A stretch of DNA of 62,982 bases from an uncultured Bacteroidia bacterium (GCA_902790405.1 CADARW010000006.1:1-62982); one strand, 5' to 3'; counted from the first letter of the stretch, positions 8,639 through 16,836 are shown. The notes: generated from the sequence alone by a model not told the origin. Numbers and translations are program-made.

Positions 8639-8672
8639 AAAGTCGGGACGGAAGTTCCGACTTTTTTTGTTG
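8639..8672 (+). terminator. kbl intrinsic terminator (copy T1 of a duplicated terminator)
   Basis: AAAGTCGGGACGGAAGTTCCGACTTTTTTTGTTG. A near-identical copy lies at 11441-11475. Confidence 0.8.
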
Positions 8673-8940
8673 AGTGTTTACAGCACTTTTGGTGCTGCAC
8701 TAAAAGTGGAATTGAGATAAAATGCGGGATATAAAAATGTTATAGTTCATAGCAAAATAAATTTTGACACAATTTTTATATATCGCAAAAAAACAATAAC
8801 TTTGTGGGTAAATATGTAATATCTCCAAAACATAGGTATATGGACACAACTTTTTTATACCGGAAAATGGTAGATAAATCTGTTCTTTTTCAAGGATTTA
8901 CGATTCCTGTAAAATATCACCAATGTCCTTTCGGATTTAC

Positions 8941-8980
8941 AATCCGAAAGTCTTGAGTATCAGCATTTGTAATGCGCAGA
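8941..8980 (+). repeat. 40-bp direct repeat, left copy (DR1)
   Basis: AATCCGAAAGTCTTGAGTATCAGCATTTGTAATGCGCAGA is 37/40 identical to 11281-11320. Weaker similarity continues for about 12 nt. Confidence 0.85.
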
Positions 8981-9143
8981 TTAAGACAATTTACAGCAGT
9001 CGGCAATAGTTGGCTGCTGTTTTTGTTTCTGTGTGTAATAAATTTCTTCGCTCATGCTTTTTGTCTTGACAACAAAAGACTCCTCATCTTCAATCTGATA
9101 GGACAATATTTCGAAAAATTGTGCGCAGTTTCGGAAAAAGCAT

Positions 9144-9189
9144 TATCTTTGCAAACAGAAATATTGTTCGCAATTCGCGAACAGCGAAC
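9144..9189 (+). promoter_or_regulatory. -7 box TAtcTTTG (9144-9151) followed by an operator-like inverted repeat GTTCGC-AATTC-GCGAAC (9166-9182) and a third GCGAAC half-site (9184-9189)
   Basis: Read directly from the sequence. It lies 32-77 nt upstream of the wHTH gene ATG at 9221. Confidence 0.45.
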
Positions 9190-9220
9190 AAGTAAGATTA
9201 AGTATTTAATATACACACAA

Positions 9221-9736
9221 ATGAAACCACAAGATATTCTTGTCTTATTAAAAAAGATGACATCTGCAGGAAAGACATTGTCGTATCACGGGTTGGCAGA
9301 ATCGTTAGGGTTAAGTGCATCAACGGTGAGCGAAAGTTTGGAACGCTGCAAAAAGGCAAAACTTATCGACCGTGACAAAAAGCGAGTTAATGTACTGGCC
9401 TTGCAGGAATTTCTGATTCACGGCATTGCGTATGTCTTTCCCGTAGAGGCTGGGCGTGTCGGCAGAGGCATTCCAACCAATTCAAGCGCGTCGCCTATAA
9501 AGGAGAACATAACTGGTAGTTCCGAAATTTATGTATGGCATTATGTAAAAGGAACTTCACGCGGACAGCAAATCGAACCAATCTATCCTACTGTACCCGA
9601 AGCCGCCCTTCGCGACGACGAACTTTATCAGTTGCTGGTAATTGTTGATGCCTTGCGAATTGGACACAGCAGAGAGAAATCCGTTGCCATTGAAGAACTG
9701 ACCAAAAGATTGAACCGATATGCAGAAAACAAATAA
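9221..9736 (+). CDS. winged-helix DNA-binding protein, AbiEi-like putative antitoxin/regulator
   Basis: The track ORF 8972..9736 is trimmed to Met84 (MKPQDILVLLKKM), because the 83-aa upstream extension covers repeats and the promoter. HTH: LSYHGLAESLGLSASTVSESLERCKKAKLI. Its end overlaps the next gene by 17 nt. Confidence 0.6.
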   Translation: MKPQDILVLLKKMTSAGKTLSYHGLAESLGLSASTVSESLERCKKAKLIDRDKKRVNVLALQEFLIHGIAYVFPVEAGRVGRGIPTNSSASPIKENITGSSEIYVWHYVKGTSRGQQIEPIYPTVPEAALRDDELYQLLVIVDALRIGHSREKSVAIEELTKRLNRYAENK

Positions 9737-11201
9737 CGAACGCCTACAGGAAATTGCCGAGGCTTTGCAGGACTTGAACGACAGGCTTGTATATGTGGGC
9801 GGTGCTATGGCAGGTTCGTATGCTACAGACCCAACCGCAACAGAACCTCGTGTGACTTTTGATGTGGATTGTGTGGTAGATACTAAATCGTACAGCGAAC
9901 ACATAGACTTTGAAAATAAACTTCGTGCAAAACATTTTCAGAACGACCAAACGCCCGATGCTCCTCTTTGCCGATGGGTGTTCAACGGAGAAAAAGTGGA
10001 TGTAATGTCGATGGACGAAAAGAGTTTGTCGTTTGGTAATCGTTGGTATCGTCCAGGGTTCGAGAGACGCGAATTATGCACACTGCCTTCGGGAGAAAGC
10101 ATTTATCGCCTTTCTGTTACATACTATATTGCATCAAAAATTGAAGCATTGCTATCGCGTGGCGGTAACGACTGGCGAGGTGCAAAAGATTTCGAAGATA
10201 TTGTTTATGTACTCAATTATTGTTCCAATTTCATAGAACAATTTAAAAATGAAGATGCGCAGGTTCGCAATTATGTTTCGGATCAATTTTCGCAGATGTT
10301 AAAGCGTTCCAATATTTCAGAGGAAATAGAATCTGCAATATCATACGATGAAATTGAGCGCACCGATATGATTCTGGAAACACTGAAAGCCATTTCGGAA
10401 TACAACCTCCAATCATTAAGTATACAATTTGTCAGCGACTTGCATTTGGAATTTCCAGAAAACAGAGCATTTATTGCAAGTCATCCGTTGTTGGAAGTGT
10501 CGGGAGAAATCTTACTTGTTGCAGGAGATTCTGCATATCTTGACCATCCTGATTCTCGTCAGGACACATATTCGCATTATTCTTTCTGGGACTGGGCATC
10601 AAATAATTACAAGCAAGTAATTGTCTGCCTCGGGAATCATGATTTTTACGGCTACTACGACCTTGCCACAATGCCAGACGGCTATTGCAAGCAGATTCGC
10701 ACTAATGTTCACGCATATTATAATGCAGTTGTGCATCTTGGGGATACTGACATTATTGTTTCTACGCTATGGTCGCATATAAATCCGAATGATGCCTATA
10801 TTACAGAACGGAATGTCAGTGACTTCTATCGGATTATGTACAAAGGGCATCGCCTAAATGCAGAAAACTTTAATCAGGAACACGAACGATGCCTGCAATT
10901 TGTGAAAAAGGCAGTTGCAGAAAGTCGTGCAAAGACAAAAATTGTCCTTACCCACCATGTGCCGACTCAATTATGCACAGCAGATGAATTTCGTGGCAGT
11001 GCCATAAATGGTGCGTTTTCTGTTGAACTTGGCGATTATATTGCAGAGTCTGGCATTGACTTCTGGATTTACGGGCATTCGCATCGTAACATTGATGCCC
11101 AGATTGGCAATACGAAAATATTGTCCAACCAACTTGGGTATGTTTCACACGGAGAACATCGCTCCAATGGATTTAATCCGAAAAAGAAAATTGATTTGTG
11201 A
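9720..11201 (+). CDS. fusion protein: Pol-beta-superfamily nucleotidyltransferase (AbiEii/DUF1814-like) + calcineurin-like metallophosphoesterase
   Basis: 493 aa. The N-terminal half has VGGAMAGSYA...RVTFDVDCVV (G-G...R-x-T-x-D-x-D) and KIEALLSRG...GAKDFEDIVYVL. The C-terminal half has all five metallophosphoesterase motifs: SDLHLE, AGDSAY, GNHDFY, LTHHVP and YGHSHRN. Confidence 0.75.
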   Translation: MQKTNNERLQEIAEALQDLNDRLVYVGGAMAGSYATDPTATEPRVTFDVDCVVDTKSYSEHIDFENKLRAKHFQNDQTPDAPLCRWVFNGEKVDVMSMDEKSLSFGNRWYRPGFERRELCTLPSGESIYRLSVTYYIASKIEALLSRGGNDWRGAKDFEDIVYVLNYCSNFIEQFKNEDAQVRNYVSDQFSQMLKRSNISEEIESAISYDEIERTDMILETLKAISEYNLQSLSIQFVSDLHLEFPENRAFIASHPLLEVSGEILLVAGDSAYLDHPDSRQDTYSHYSFWDWASNNYKQVIVCLGNHDFYGYYDLATMPDGYCKQIRTNVHAYYNAVVHLGDTDIIVSTLWSHINPNDAYITERNVSDFYRIMYKGHRLNAENFNQEHERCLQFVKKAVAESRAKTKIVLTHHVPTQLCTADEFRGSAINGAFSVELGDYIAESGIDFWIYGHSHRNIDAQIGNTKILSNQLGYVSHGEHRSNGFNPKKKIDL

Positions 11202-11226
11202 TTCCAATGTTCTCTGTCCTATGGGC

Positions 11227-11280
11227 AACCTTTAGCTCACTGCCAAAGGCAGTAACCTTCAGCTCGTTGCCAATGGCAGC
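11227..11280 (+). repeat. 27-bp tandem repeat x2 (AACCTTNAGCTC + small hairpin)
   Basis: AACCTTTAGCTCACTGCCAAAGGCAGT (11227-11253) / AACCTTCAGCTCGTTGCCAATGGCAGC (11254-11280). The AACCTTTAGCTC word also occurs at 7303 and, reversed, at about 58541-58570. Confidence 0.8.
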
Positions 11281-11320
11281 AATCAGAAAGTCCTGAATAT
11301 CAGCATTTGTAATGCGCAGA
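11281..11320 (+). repeat. 40-bp direct repeat, right copy (DR2)
   Basis: AATCAGAAAGTCCTGAATATCAGCATTTGTAATGCGCAGA. See DR1 at 8941-8980. Confidence 0.85.
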
Positions 11321-11440
11321 CAAAACAATTTCACGCGTGCGGATTATAAATCCTTATATTCACATTGTCTGGATTGCAAATCCAGACAACCTTTATTACC
11401 GCTTGGTGCGGTGAACTAATGGTTATAAATTCATAATCCG

Positions 11441-11475
11441 AAAGTCGGGGCGAAAGTTCTGACTTTTTTTTGTTG
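11441..11475 (+). terminator. intrinsic terminator (copy T2 of the kbl terminator)
   Basis: AAAGTCGGGGCGAAAGTTCTGACTTTTTTTTGTTG differs from T1 by 3 substitutions and one extra T. Confidence 0.7.
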
Positions 11476-11556
11476 CATAACGTATTGTATTTTAATGTCT
11501 TAAAAAAATCTTTTCAAAAACTTTAAAAAATCTTGCAGTTTTCAAAAAAGAAAATG

Positions 11557-11564
11557 TAAATTTG
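11557..11564 (+). promoter_or_regulatory. -7 box TAaaTTTG upstream of atpB
   Basis: Consensus match about 31 nt before the ATG at 11595. Confidence 0.45.
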
Positions 11565-11594
11565 TGGTCTTACAATAAAATTCATAATTGGAAT

Positions 11595-12833
11595 ATGAAG
11601 AAATATGTTTGGTTTTTGTTAAGTCTTTGTGTATTGCTGACTTTCGCAATGCCAGTATGCGCTCAAGAGGCGGAAGCACAACCGCAGGACACAGCAAAAC
11701 AGATTGAGGAATCGGACGAAATTGCGCAAAATATTGCTGAACCGACAGATGATGCACAACCCGAAGCTGCAAAGGAAGAAAAGTTTGATGTCACAGGCCT
11801 TATTATGGGACATATCAAGGACTCGCACGTATGGCACATCCTCGACTACACCAAGGAAGAAAACGGTGTGGAAGTTGAAGTCCCAGTTGCTGTTCCTCTG
11901 CCAGTGATTGTCTTCGCAAACGGTCATCTCGACTTCTTCATGTCGGGCGCTTTCCACCACGGACACGAAGCCGTAACCAAGGGCGACAACACCTACATCC
12001 TCGCCAACGACAAGATTTACCTTGCCAACGACAAGGGCGGCCTTACTTTCCAGAACGGCGAAGCTACTGAGGCAATGGAATTCCACGAGAGTCTCGAATA
12101 CCTTGAGGCAAACGCCAACGCCGAAATCGCTAACGAAAAACCTCTTGATTTCTCGATTACAAAGAACGTAGCATCAATGATACTCGTTTCCATTATATTA
12201 TTAATAGTATTCATCAGCTTCGCAAAGGCTTACAAGAAGAACCCCGGCCGCCCGAAAGGCATGCAGGCTTTCCTCGAACCAGTTTTCCTATATGTAAGGG
12301 ACGATGTTATCTACCCCAACCTCGGCGAAAAGACCGACAAGTTCCTGCCATACCTTATGACAGTGTTCTTCTTCATACTTTTTAATAATATACTTGGCCT
12401 CATCCCGTTCTTCCCCGGCAATGCCAACGTAACGGGTAACATCGCAGTGACTATGGTTCTCGCCATCTTCACCTTCCTTATGATTAACTTGAACGGAAAC
12501 AAGGACTACTGGCACCACACTTTCTGGATGCCCGGTGTTCCGGTTTTCGTAAAGCCTATACTCGCAGTTGTTGAACTCATGGGTATCATCGTTAAGCCGG
12601 TTGCTCTTATGATTCGTCTTTTCGCCAACATTTCGGCAGGACATATCATCATCCTGAGCTTGGTATCGCTGATATTCATCTTCCAGACAATAGCAGTAGC
12701 TCCAGTGTCGGTAATATTCGTATTGTTCATGGACTGCCTCGAAATGCTTGTCGCATTCCTGCAGGCATACATATTCACGATGCTTTCGGCAGTGTTCATC
12801 AGTCTGGCAGTTGCAGAGCATAAGCACGAGTAG
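11595..12833 (+). CDS. atpB: F0F1 ATP synthase subunit a, with a Bacteroidota-type long N-terminal extension
   Basis: Trimmed to MKKYVWFLLSLCVLL (signal-like). The C-terminal half has the conserved LMIRLFANISAGHII arginine helix. Confidence 0.9.
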   Translation: MKKYVWFLLSLCVLLTFAMPVCAQEAEAQPQDTAKQIEESDEIAQNIAEPTDDAQPEAAKEEKFDVTGLIMGHIKDSHVWHILDYTKEENGVEVEVPVAVPLPVIVFANGHLDFFMSGAFHHGHEAVTKGDNTYILANDKIYLANDKGGLTFQNGEATEAMEFHESLEYLEANANAEIANEKPLDFSITKNVASMILVSIILLIVFISFAKAYKKNPGRPKGMQAFLEPVFLYVRDDVIYPNLGEKTDKFLPYLMTVFFFILFNNILGLIPFFPGNANVTGNIAVTMVLAIFTFLMINLNGNKDYWHHTFWMPGVPVFVKPILAVVELMGIIVKPVALMIRLFANISAGHIIILSLVSLIFIFQTIAVAPVSVIFVLFMDCLEMLVAFLQAYIFTMLSAVFISLAVAEHKHE

Positions 12834-12880
12834 AATGTTGATTTAGAATTTTTTATGTTTAATTTTTAATATTTGTTACT

Positions 12881-13087
12881 ATGGGAATTACAACAATCGC
12901 ATCACTTGGCGCCGGTTTGGCAGTATTGGGTGCAGGTTTAGGCATCGGAAAGATTGGTAGCGCAGCAATGGACGCTATCGCAAGACAGCCTGAAGCAGCA
13001 GGTAAAGTTCAGACTGCAATGATCATCGCAGCAGCTCTTGTAGAAGGTGTTGCTTTGTTCGGTGTTGTAGTTGCTTTGATCGCTTAA
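12881..13087 (+). CDS. atpE: F0F1 ATP synthase subunit c
   Basis: 68-aa hairpin proteolipid with ARQPE loop and AALVEGVALF carboxylate helix. Confidence 0.93.
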   Translation: MGITTIASLGAGLAVLGAGLGIGKIGSAAMDAIARQPEAAGKVQTAMIIAAALVEGVALFGVVVALIA

Positions 13088-13176
13088 TTCAGTGCTAAAA
13101 GCAAACGGGTTCTCCAGCGATTGGCTGGAGCTACCCGTTAAAAACAGAAGAAACGTTAAATTAAAATATATAGGTT

Positions 13177-13671
13177 ATGGATTTAGTAACGCCCGGAATA
13201 GGATTAGTTTTTTGGACCACCATTATTTTCCTGACATTGCTCATCGTGTTGGGCAAGGTTGCTTGGAAGCCCATCAACAATGCTATTAAGAAAAGAAGCC
13301 AGAGCATCGAGGATGCATTGAATCAGGCCGAAATCGCTCGCGAGGAAATGAAGAAACTTCAGGCCGACAACGAGAAGATTATGGACGAGGCTCGTGCAGA
13401 AAGAGACAAGATGCTTAAGGAGGCGCGTGAAATAAAGGAACAAATCGTTGCACAGGCTAAGTCGGAAGCTGAAAAGGCTGCCGCAAAGGTTATGGCCGAG
13501 GCTGAACAGAAACGCGATGCTATGATGGTGGCTGCTATGGCCGACATCAAGAATCAGGTTCTCGACCTCTCGATTGCCGTTGCCGAAAAGGTTGTTCGCA
13601 AGCAAATCAGCACTACTCCCGACCAGGAAATGCTCGTGAACGATTTGGTAAAAGAAATTAAATTCAACTAG
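13177..13671 (+). CDS. atpF: F0F1 ATP synthase subunit b
   Basis: 164 aa: one N-terminal TM helix, then a long charged coiled coil. Position in the operon supports the call. Confidence 0.9.
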   Translation: MDLVTPGIGLVFWTTIIFLTLLIVLGKVAWKPINNAIKKRSQSIEDALNQAEIAREEMKKLQADNEKIMDEARAERDKMLKEAREIKEQIVAQAKSEAEKAAAKVMAEAEQKRDAMMVAAMADIKNQVLDLSIAVAEKVVRKQISTTPDQEMLVNDLVKEIKFN

Positions 13672-13673
13672 TT

Positions 13674-14219
13674 ATGAACCAAAGCAAGATTTCTGTCAGA
13701 TACGCTAGAGCCATATTCGAGCTTGCAGAGGAAAAAGGCCTGCTTGAAAAGGTATATGCCGATTTCCGCGTAGTGCGCGAAACTTTGGCTTCGCTGCCCG
13801 AATTCAAGGAGGTGATGGCAAGCCCTATCGTCAAGAAGTCCGACAAGATTAACCTTTTCGTCAACTCGTTTGGCGGAAAGATCGACGACTTGTCGCTCAA
13901 CTTCCTGAAGTTCCTTGTCGACAAGAACCGTGAAATATATGTGGTCGACATCCTCCGCAACTTCGAGACTTCGTATCGCCGCAAGAACAACTGCAAGGAA
14001 GTTGTAATTACAACCGCCCAGCCTCTCAACGACGCCCTCAGGCAGGACATCGAAAACCGCATCAAGGAGGTTTACAAGTCGAACGTTGACCTCAAGAACA
14101 AGGTTGACGAGCAGATGATTGGCGGTGTAATCGTGCGAATCGAAAACCAGCAGCTCGACTTGAGCGTAAGGACACAATTGCAGGAAATTAAACAGTCACT
14201 TCAGAGATCAATATATTAA
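13674..14219 (+). CDS. atpH: F0F1 ATP synthase subunit delta (OSCP)
   Basis: 181 aa with the ISVRYARAIFELA start typical of delta/OSCP. Operon position supports the call. Confidence 0.9.
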   Translation: MNQSKISVRYARAIFELAEEKGLLEKVYADFRVVRETLASLPEFKEVMASPIVKKSDKINLFVNSFGGKIDDLSLNFLKFLVDKNREIYVVDILRNFETSYRRKNNCKEVVITTAQPLNDALRQDIENRIKEVYKSNVDLKNKVDEQMIGGVIVRIENQQLDLSVRTQLQEIKQSLQRSIY

Positions 14220-14250
14220 TAGGTATAACATTTAATTAAACATACGACTT

Positions 14251-15831
14251 ATGGCAGATATTAAACCATCCGAAGTGTCTCAGATACTGAAGCAGCAGTT
14301 GGACGGCATCGCAACCAAGAACAACTTGGAAGAGGTCGGCACTGTTATTGAGGTAGGAGATGGCATCGCTAGAATCTACGGATTGGACAATGTTCAGTCG
14401 AACGAACTTGTCGAATTCGAGAACGGCACCAAGGGGATAGTTTTAAATCTAGAGGAAGATAATGTAGGAGCCGTAGTTTTAGGACCTTGCGACGAAATCA
14501 AGGAAGGCAACGTGGTGAAGAGAATGCGCCGTATTGCTTCCATTATGGTTGGCGAGCAGATGTTGGGCCGTGTTGTTAACACAATCGGTGATCCGCTCGA
14601 CGGTAAGGGACCTATTCAGGGCGAATTGTTTGAAATGCCTCTGGAAAGAGTTGCTCCCGGTGTTATTTTCCGTCAGCCGGTTGACCAGCCGTTACAGACT
14701 GGTATCAAGGCTATCGACTCCATGATTCCAATCGGAAGAGGACAGCGTGAATTGATTATCGGTGACCGTCAGACAGGTAAGACGGCTATCGCAATCGATA
14801 CTATAATTAACCAGAAGGAAAACTTCGAGAAGGGCGACCCGGTTTATTGTATCTACGTTGCAATCGGTCAGAAGGGTTCTACCGTTGCTAACGTTGCAAA
14901 GACTTTGGAACGCTACGGTGCTATGGACTACACCATCATCGTTACTTCAACGGCTTCCGACTCGGCAGCTATGCAGTACTACGCACCGTTCGCTGGCGCA
15001 GCAATCGGCGAATACTTCAGAGATACTGGACGTCACGCCCTCATCATCTACGACGACTTGTCGAAGCAGGCAGTTTCGTACCGTGAAGTTTCGTTGTTGC
15101 TCCGTCGTCCACCAGGACGTGAAGCTTATCCGGGTGACGTTTTCTATCTGCACTCACGTCTGCTCGAAAGAGCTGCTAAGATTATCCAGTCCGACGAGAT
15201 TGCAGCTAAGATGAACGACTTGCCAGAATGCCTCAAGGGTAAGGTAAGAGGTGGTGGTTCGTTGACCGCTCTTCCTATCATCGAAACCCAGGCAGGCGAC
15301 GTTTCGGCATACATCCCGACCAACGTGATTTCTATCACCGACGGACAGATATTCCTCGAGTCAAACCTGTTCAACGCTGGTATCCGTCCTGCTATCAACG
15401 CCGGTATTTCAGTATCGCGTGTAGGTGGTAAGGCTCAGATAAAGTGTATGAAGAAGATTGCTGGTACCCTTCGTACCGACCAGGCTCAGTTCCGTGAACT
15501 GGAAGCTTTCGCTAAGTTCGGTTCCGACCTCGATGCAGTTACCCTTTCGGTTATCGACAAGGGCCGCAAGAACGTCGAAATCCTGAAGCAGCCAGAACAC
15601 GCTCCTGTAAAGGTTCAGGAACAGGCAGCTATCATCTTCTGCGGAACAAAGGGCTTGATGAAGGATGTTCCGATTGACAAGGTACGCGAATTCGAAAAGG
15701 AATACATCGAGTTCATGAACACAAGCCGCAAGGACATCATGGACCGTCTTGCAAAGGGCGAATATTCCGACGAAATCACCAATGTGCTTACCGAAGTCGC
15801 AAAGGATTTAACAAAGAAGTACAAGAAATAA
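14251..15831 (+). CDS. atpA: F0F1 ATP synthase subunit alpha
   Basis: 526 aa. Walker A GDRQTGKT, plus [42 protein letters not shown]. Confidence 0.97.
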   Translation: MADIKPSEVSQILKQQLDGIATKNNLEEVGTVIEVGDGIARIYGLDNVQSNELVEFENGTKGIVLNLEEDNVGAVVLGPCDEIKEGNVVKRMRRIASIMVGEQMLGRVVNTIGDPLDGKGPIQGELFEMPLERVAPGVIFRQPVDQPLQTGIKAIDSMIPIGRGQRELIIGDRQTGKTAIAIDTIINQKENFEKGDPVYCIYVAIGQKGSTVANVAKTLERYGAMDYTIIVTSTASDSAAMQYYAPFAGAAIGEYFRDTGRHALIIYDDLSKQAVSYREVSLLLRRPPGREAYPGDVFYLHSRLLERAAKIIQSDEIAAKMNDLPECLKGKVRGGGSLTALPIIETQAGDVSAYIPTNVISITDGQIFLESNLFNAGIRPAINAGISVSRVGGKAQIKCMKKIAGTLRTDQAQFRELEAFAKFGSDLDAVTLSVIDKGRKNVEILKQPEHAPVKVQEQAAIIFCGTKGLMKDVPIDKVREFEKEYIEFMNTSRKDIMDRLAKGEYSDEITNVLTEVAKDLTKKYKK

Positions 15832-15839
15832 TGTAAATT

Positions 15840-16715
15840 ATGGCAGGACTTAAAGATATACGAAATAGAATCAGTTCTGTAAAGTCAACCAAGCAGATAA
15901 CATCTGCAATGAAGATGGTTGCTGCGGCAAAGCTGAAGAAGGCTCAGGACAGAGTCTTGCAGATTAGACCGTATGCCGACAAGATGCGTGACGTTTTGGC
16001 TGAGGTTAGCTCAAGCCTCGACAAGAACCACGCAAGTTGCTACGGCGAGGTTCGCAAGGTGGAAAAGGTTCTCGTGGTGCTGATGGCATCGAACAGAGGA
16101 TTGTGCGGAGGTTTCAACTCCAACATCTGCAAGAAGGCTATGGCTCATGTGAAAGAGAACTATCCCGCTCAGCTTGAAAAGGGCAATGTGAAGTTTATTT
16201 GCCTCGGAAAGAAGGCTTACGACTTCATACTTAAGCAGAAGTTTGAAATTGTTGCTCACAGCGAAGAAATTTTCGACAAGCTCAATTTCGCAACTGCCGC
16301 CGAAATCGCAGAACCGATAATGAAGGATTTTGTTGATGGTAAGTACGACAAAGTTGACCTTATCTACAACAGCTTCAAGAACGCAGCTTCGCAGGAACAG
16401 AAAGTCGAACCTTTCCTTCCTTTCACCATCGAGGCAGGCGAAGGAGCCAAGAAATCCGACTATATCTTTGAGCCAACTGTCGACAAGATTGTTGACGACA
16501 TGATACCGAAGTCGATGAAGATTCAGTTCTTCAAGTCGGTACTCGACAGCTTTGCAGCAGAGCAGGGAGCCCGTATGACAGCAATGCATCAGGCAACCGA
16601 CAATGCAACCGAGCTTATCAAGACTCTCACGCTCATGTACAACAAGGCTCGTCAGGCTGCCATTACAAACGAACTTTCCGAAATCACCAGCGGTGCCGAG
16701 GCACTCAAGGGATAA
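15840..16715 (+). CDS. atpG: F0F1 ATP synthase subunit gamma
   Basis: 291 aa. It starts LKDIRNRISSVKSTKQITSAMKMVAAAKL and ends ITNELSEITSGAEAL. Confidence 0.95.
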   Translation: MAGLKDIRNRISSVKSTKQITSAMKMVAAAKLKKAQDRVLQIRPYADKMRDVLAEVSSSLDKNHASCYGEVRKVEKVLVVLMASNRGLCGGFNSNICKKAMAHVKENYPAQLEKGNVKFICLGKKAYDFILKQKFEIVAHSEEIFDKLNFATAAEIAEPIMKDFVDGKYDKVDLIYNSFKNAASQEQKVEPFLPFTIEAGEGAKKSDYIFEPTVDKIVDDMIPKSMKIQFFKSVLDSFAAEQGARMTAMHQATDNATELIKTLTLMYNKARQAAITNELSEITSGAEALKG

Positions 16716-16736
16716 GGAACTTGTATTCGAAAATAA

Positions 16737-16768
16737 AGAAGTCCGCTCGCAAGGCGGACTTTTTTTTG
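16737..16768 (+). terminator. atp operon intrinsic terminator
   Basis: AAGTCCGC-TCGCAAG-GCGGACTT followed by T8. Confidence 0.8.
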
Positions 16769-16828
16769 TTTTAACCTTCGCTGAAAAATAAAAATGCAAA
16801 AAAATAATGCGATGTGAAAAATAAATCT

Positions 16829-16836
16829 TATTTTTG
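16829..16836 (+). promoter_or_regulatory. -7 box TAttTTTG upstream of tRNA-Pro
   Basis: Consensus match 18 nt before the tRNA 5' end. Confidence 0.45.

Noticed and set aside
8972-9220. The N-terminal 83 codons of track ORF 8972-9736 (MRRLRQFTAVGNSWLLFLFLCVINFF...).
   Set aside because: The extension runs through DR1, a terminator-like hairpin, the -7 box and the operator palindrome, and it reads as non-protein-like. The ATG at 9221, just downstream of the promoter, gives a compact wHTH protein.
11366-11388. The hairpin CTGGATTGCAAATCCAG resembles a tRNA-Cys anticodon arm. CGGATTTACAATCCG at 8932-8946 likewise resembles an anticodon arm.
   Set aside because: No acceptor stem, D-arm or GGTTCGAATCC-type T-arm can be found around either hairpin, and the stems are 10 bp long. 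These are not tRNA genes or recognisable tRNA fragments.
11562-11594. Alternative upstream start (MWSYNKIHNWN) for atpB.
   Set aside because: It would begin inside or immediately after the TAaaTTTG -7 box (11557-11564). The ATG at 11595 gives a normal signal-like N-terminus (MKKYVWFLLSLCVLL).
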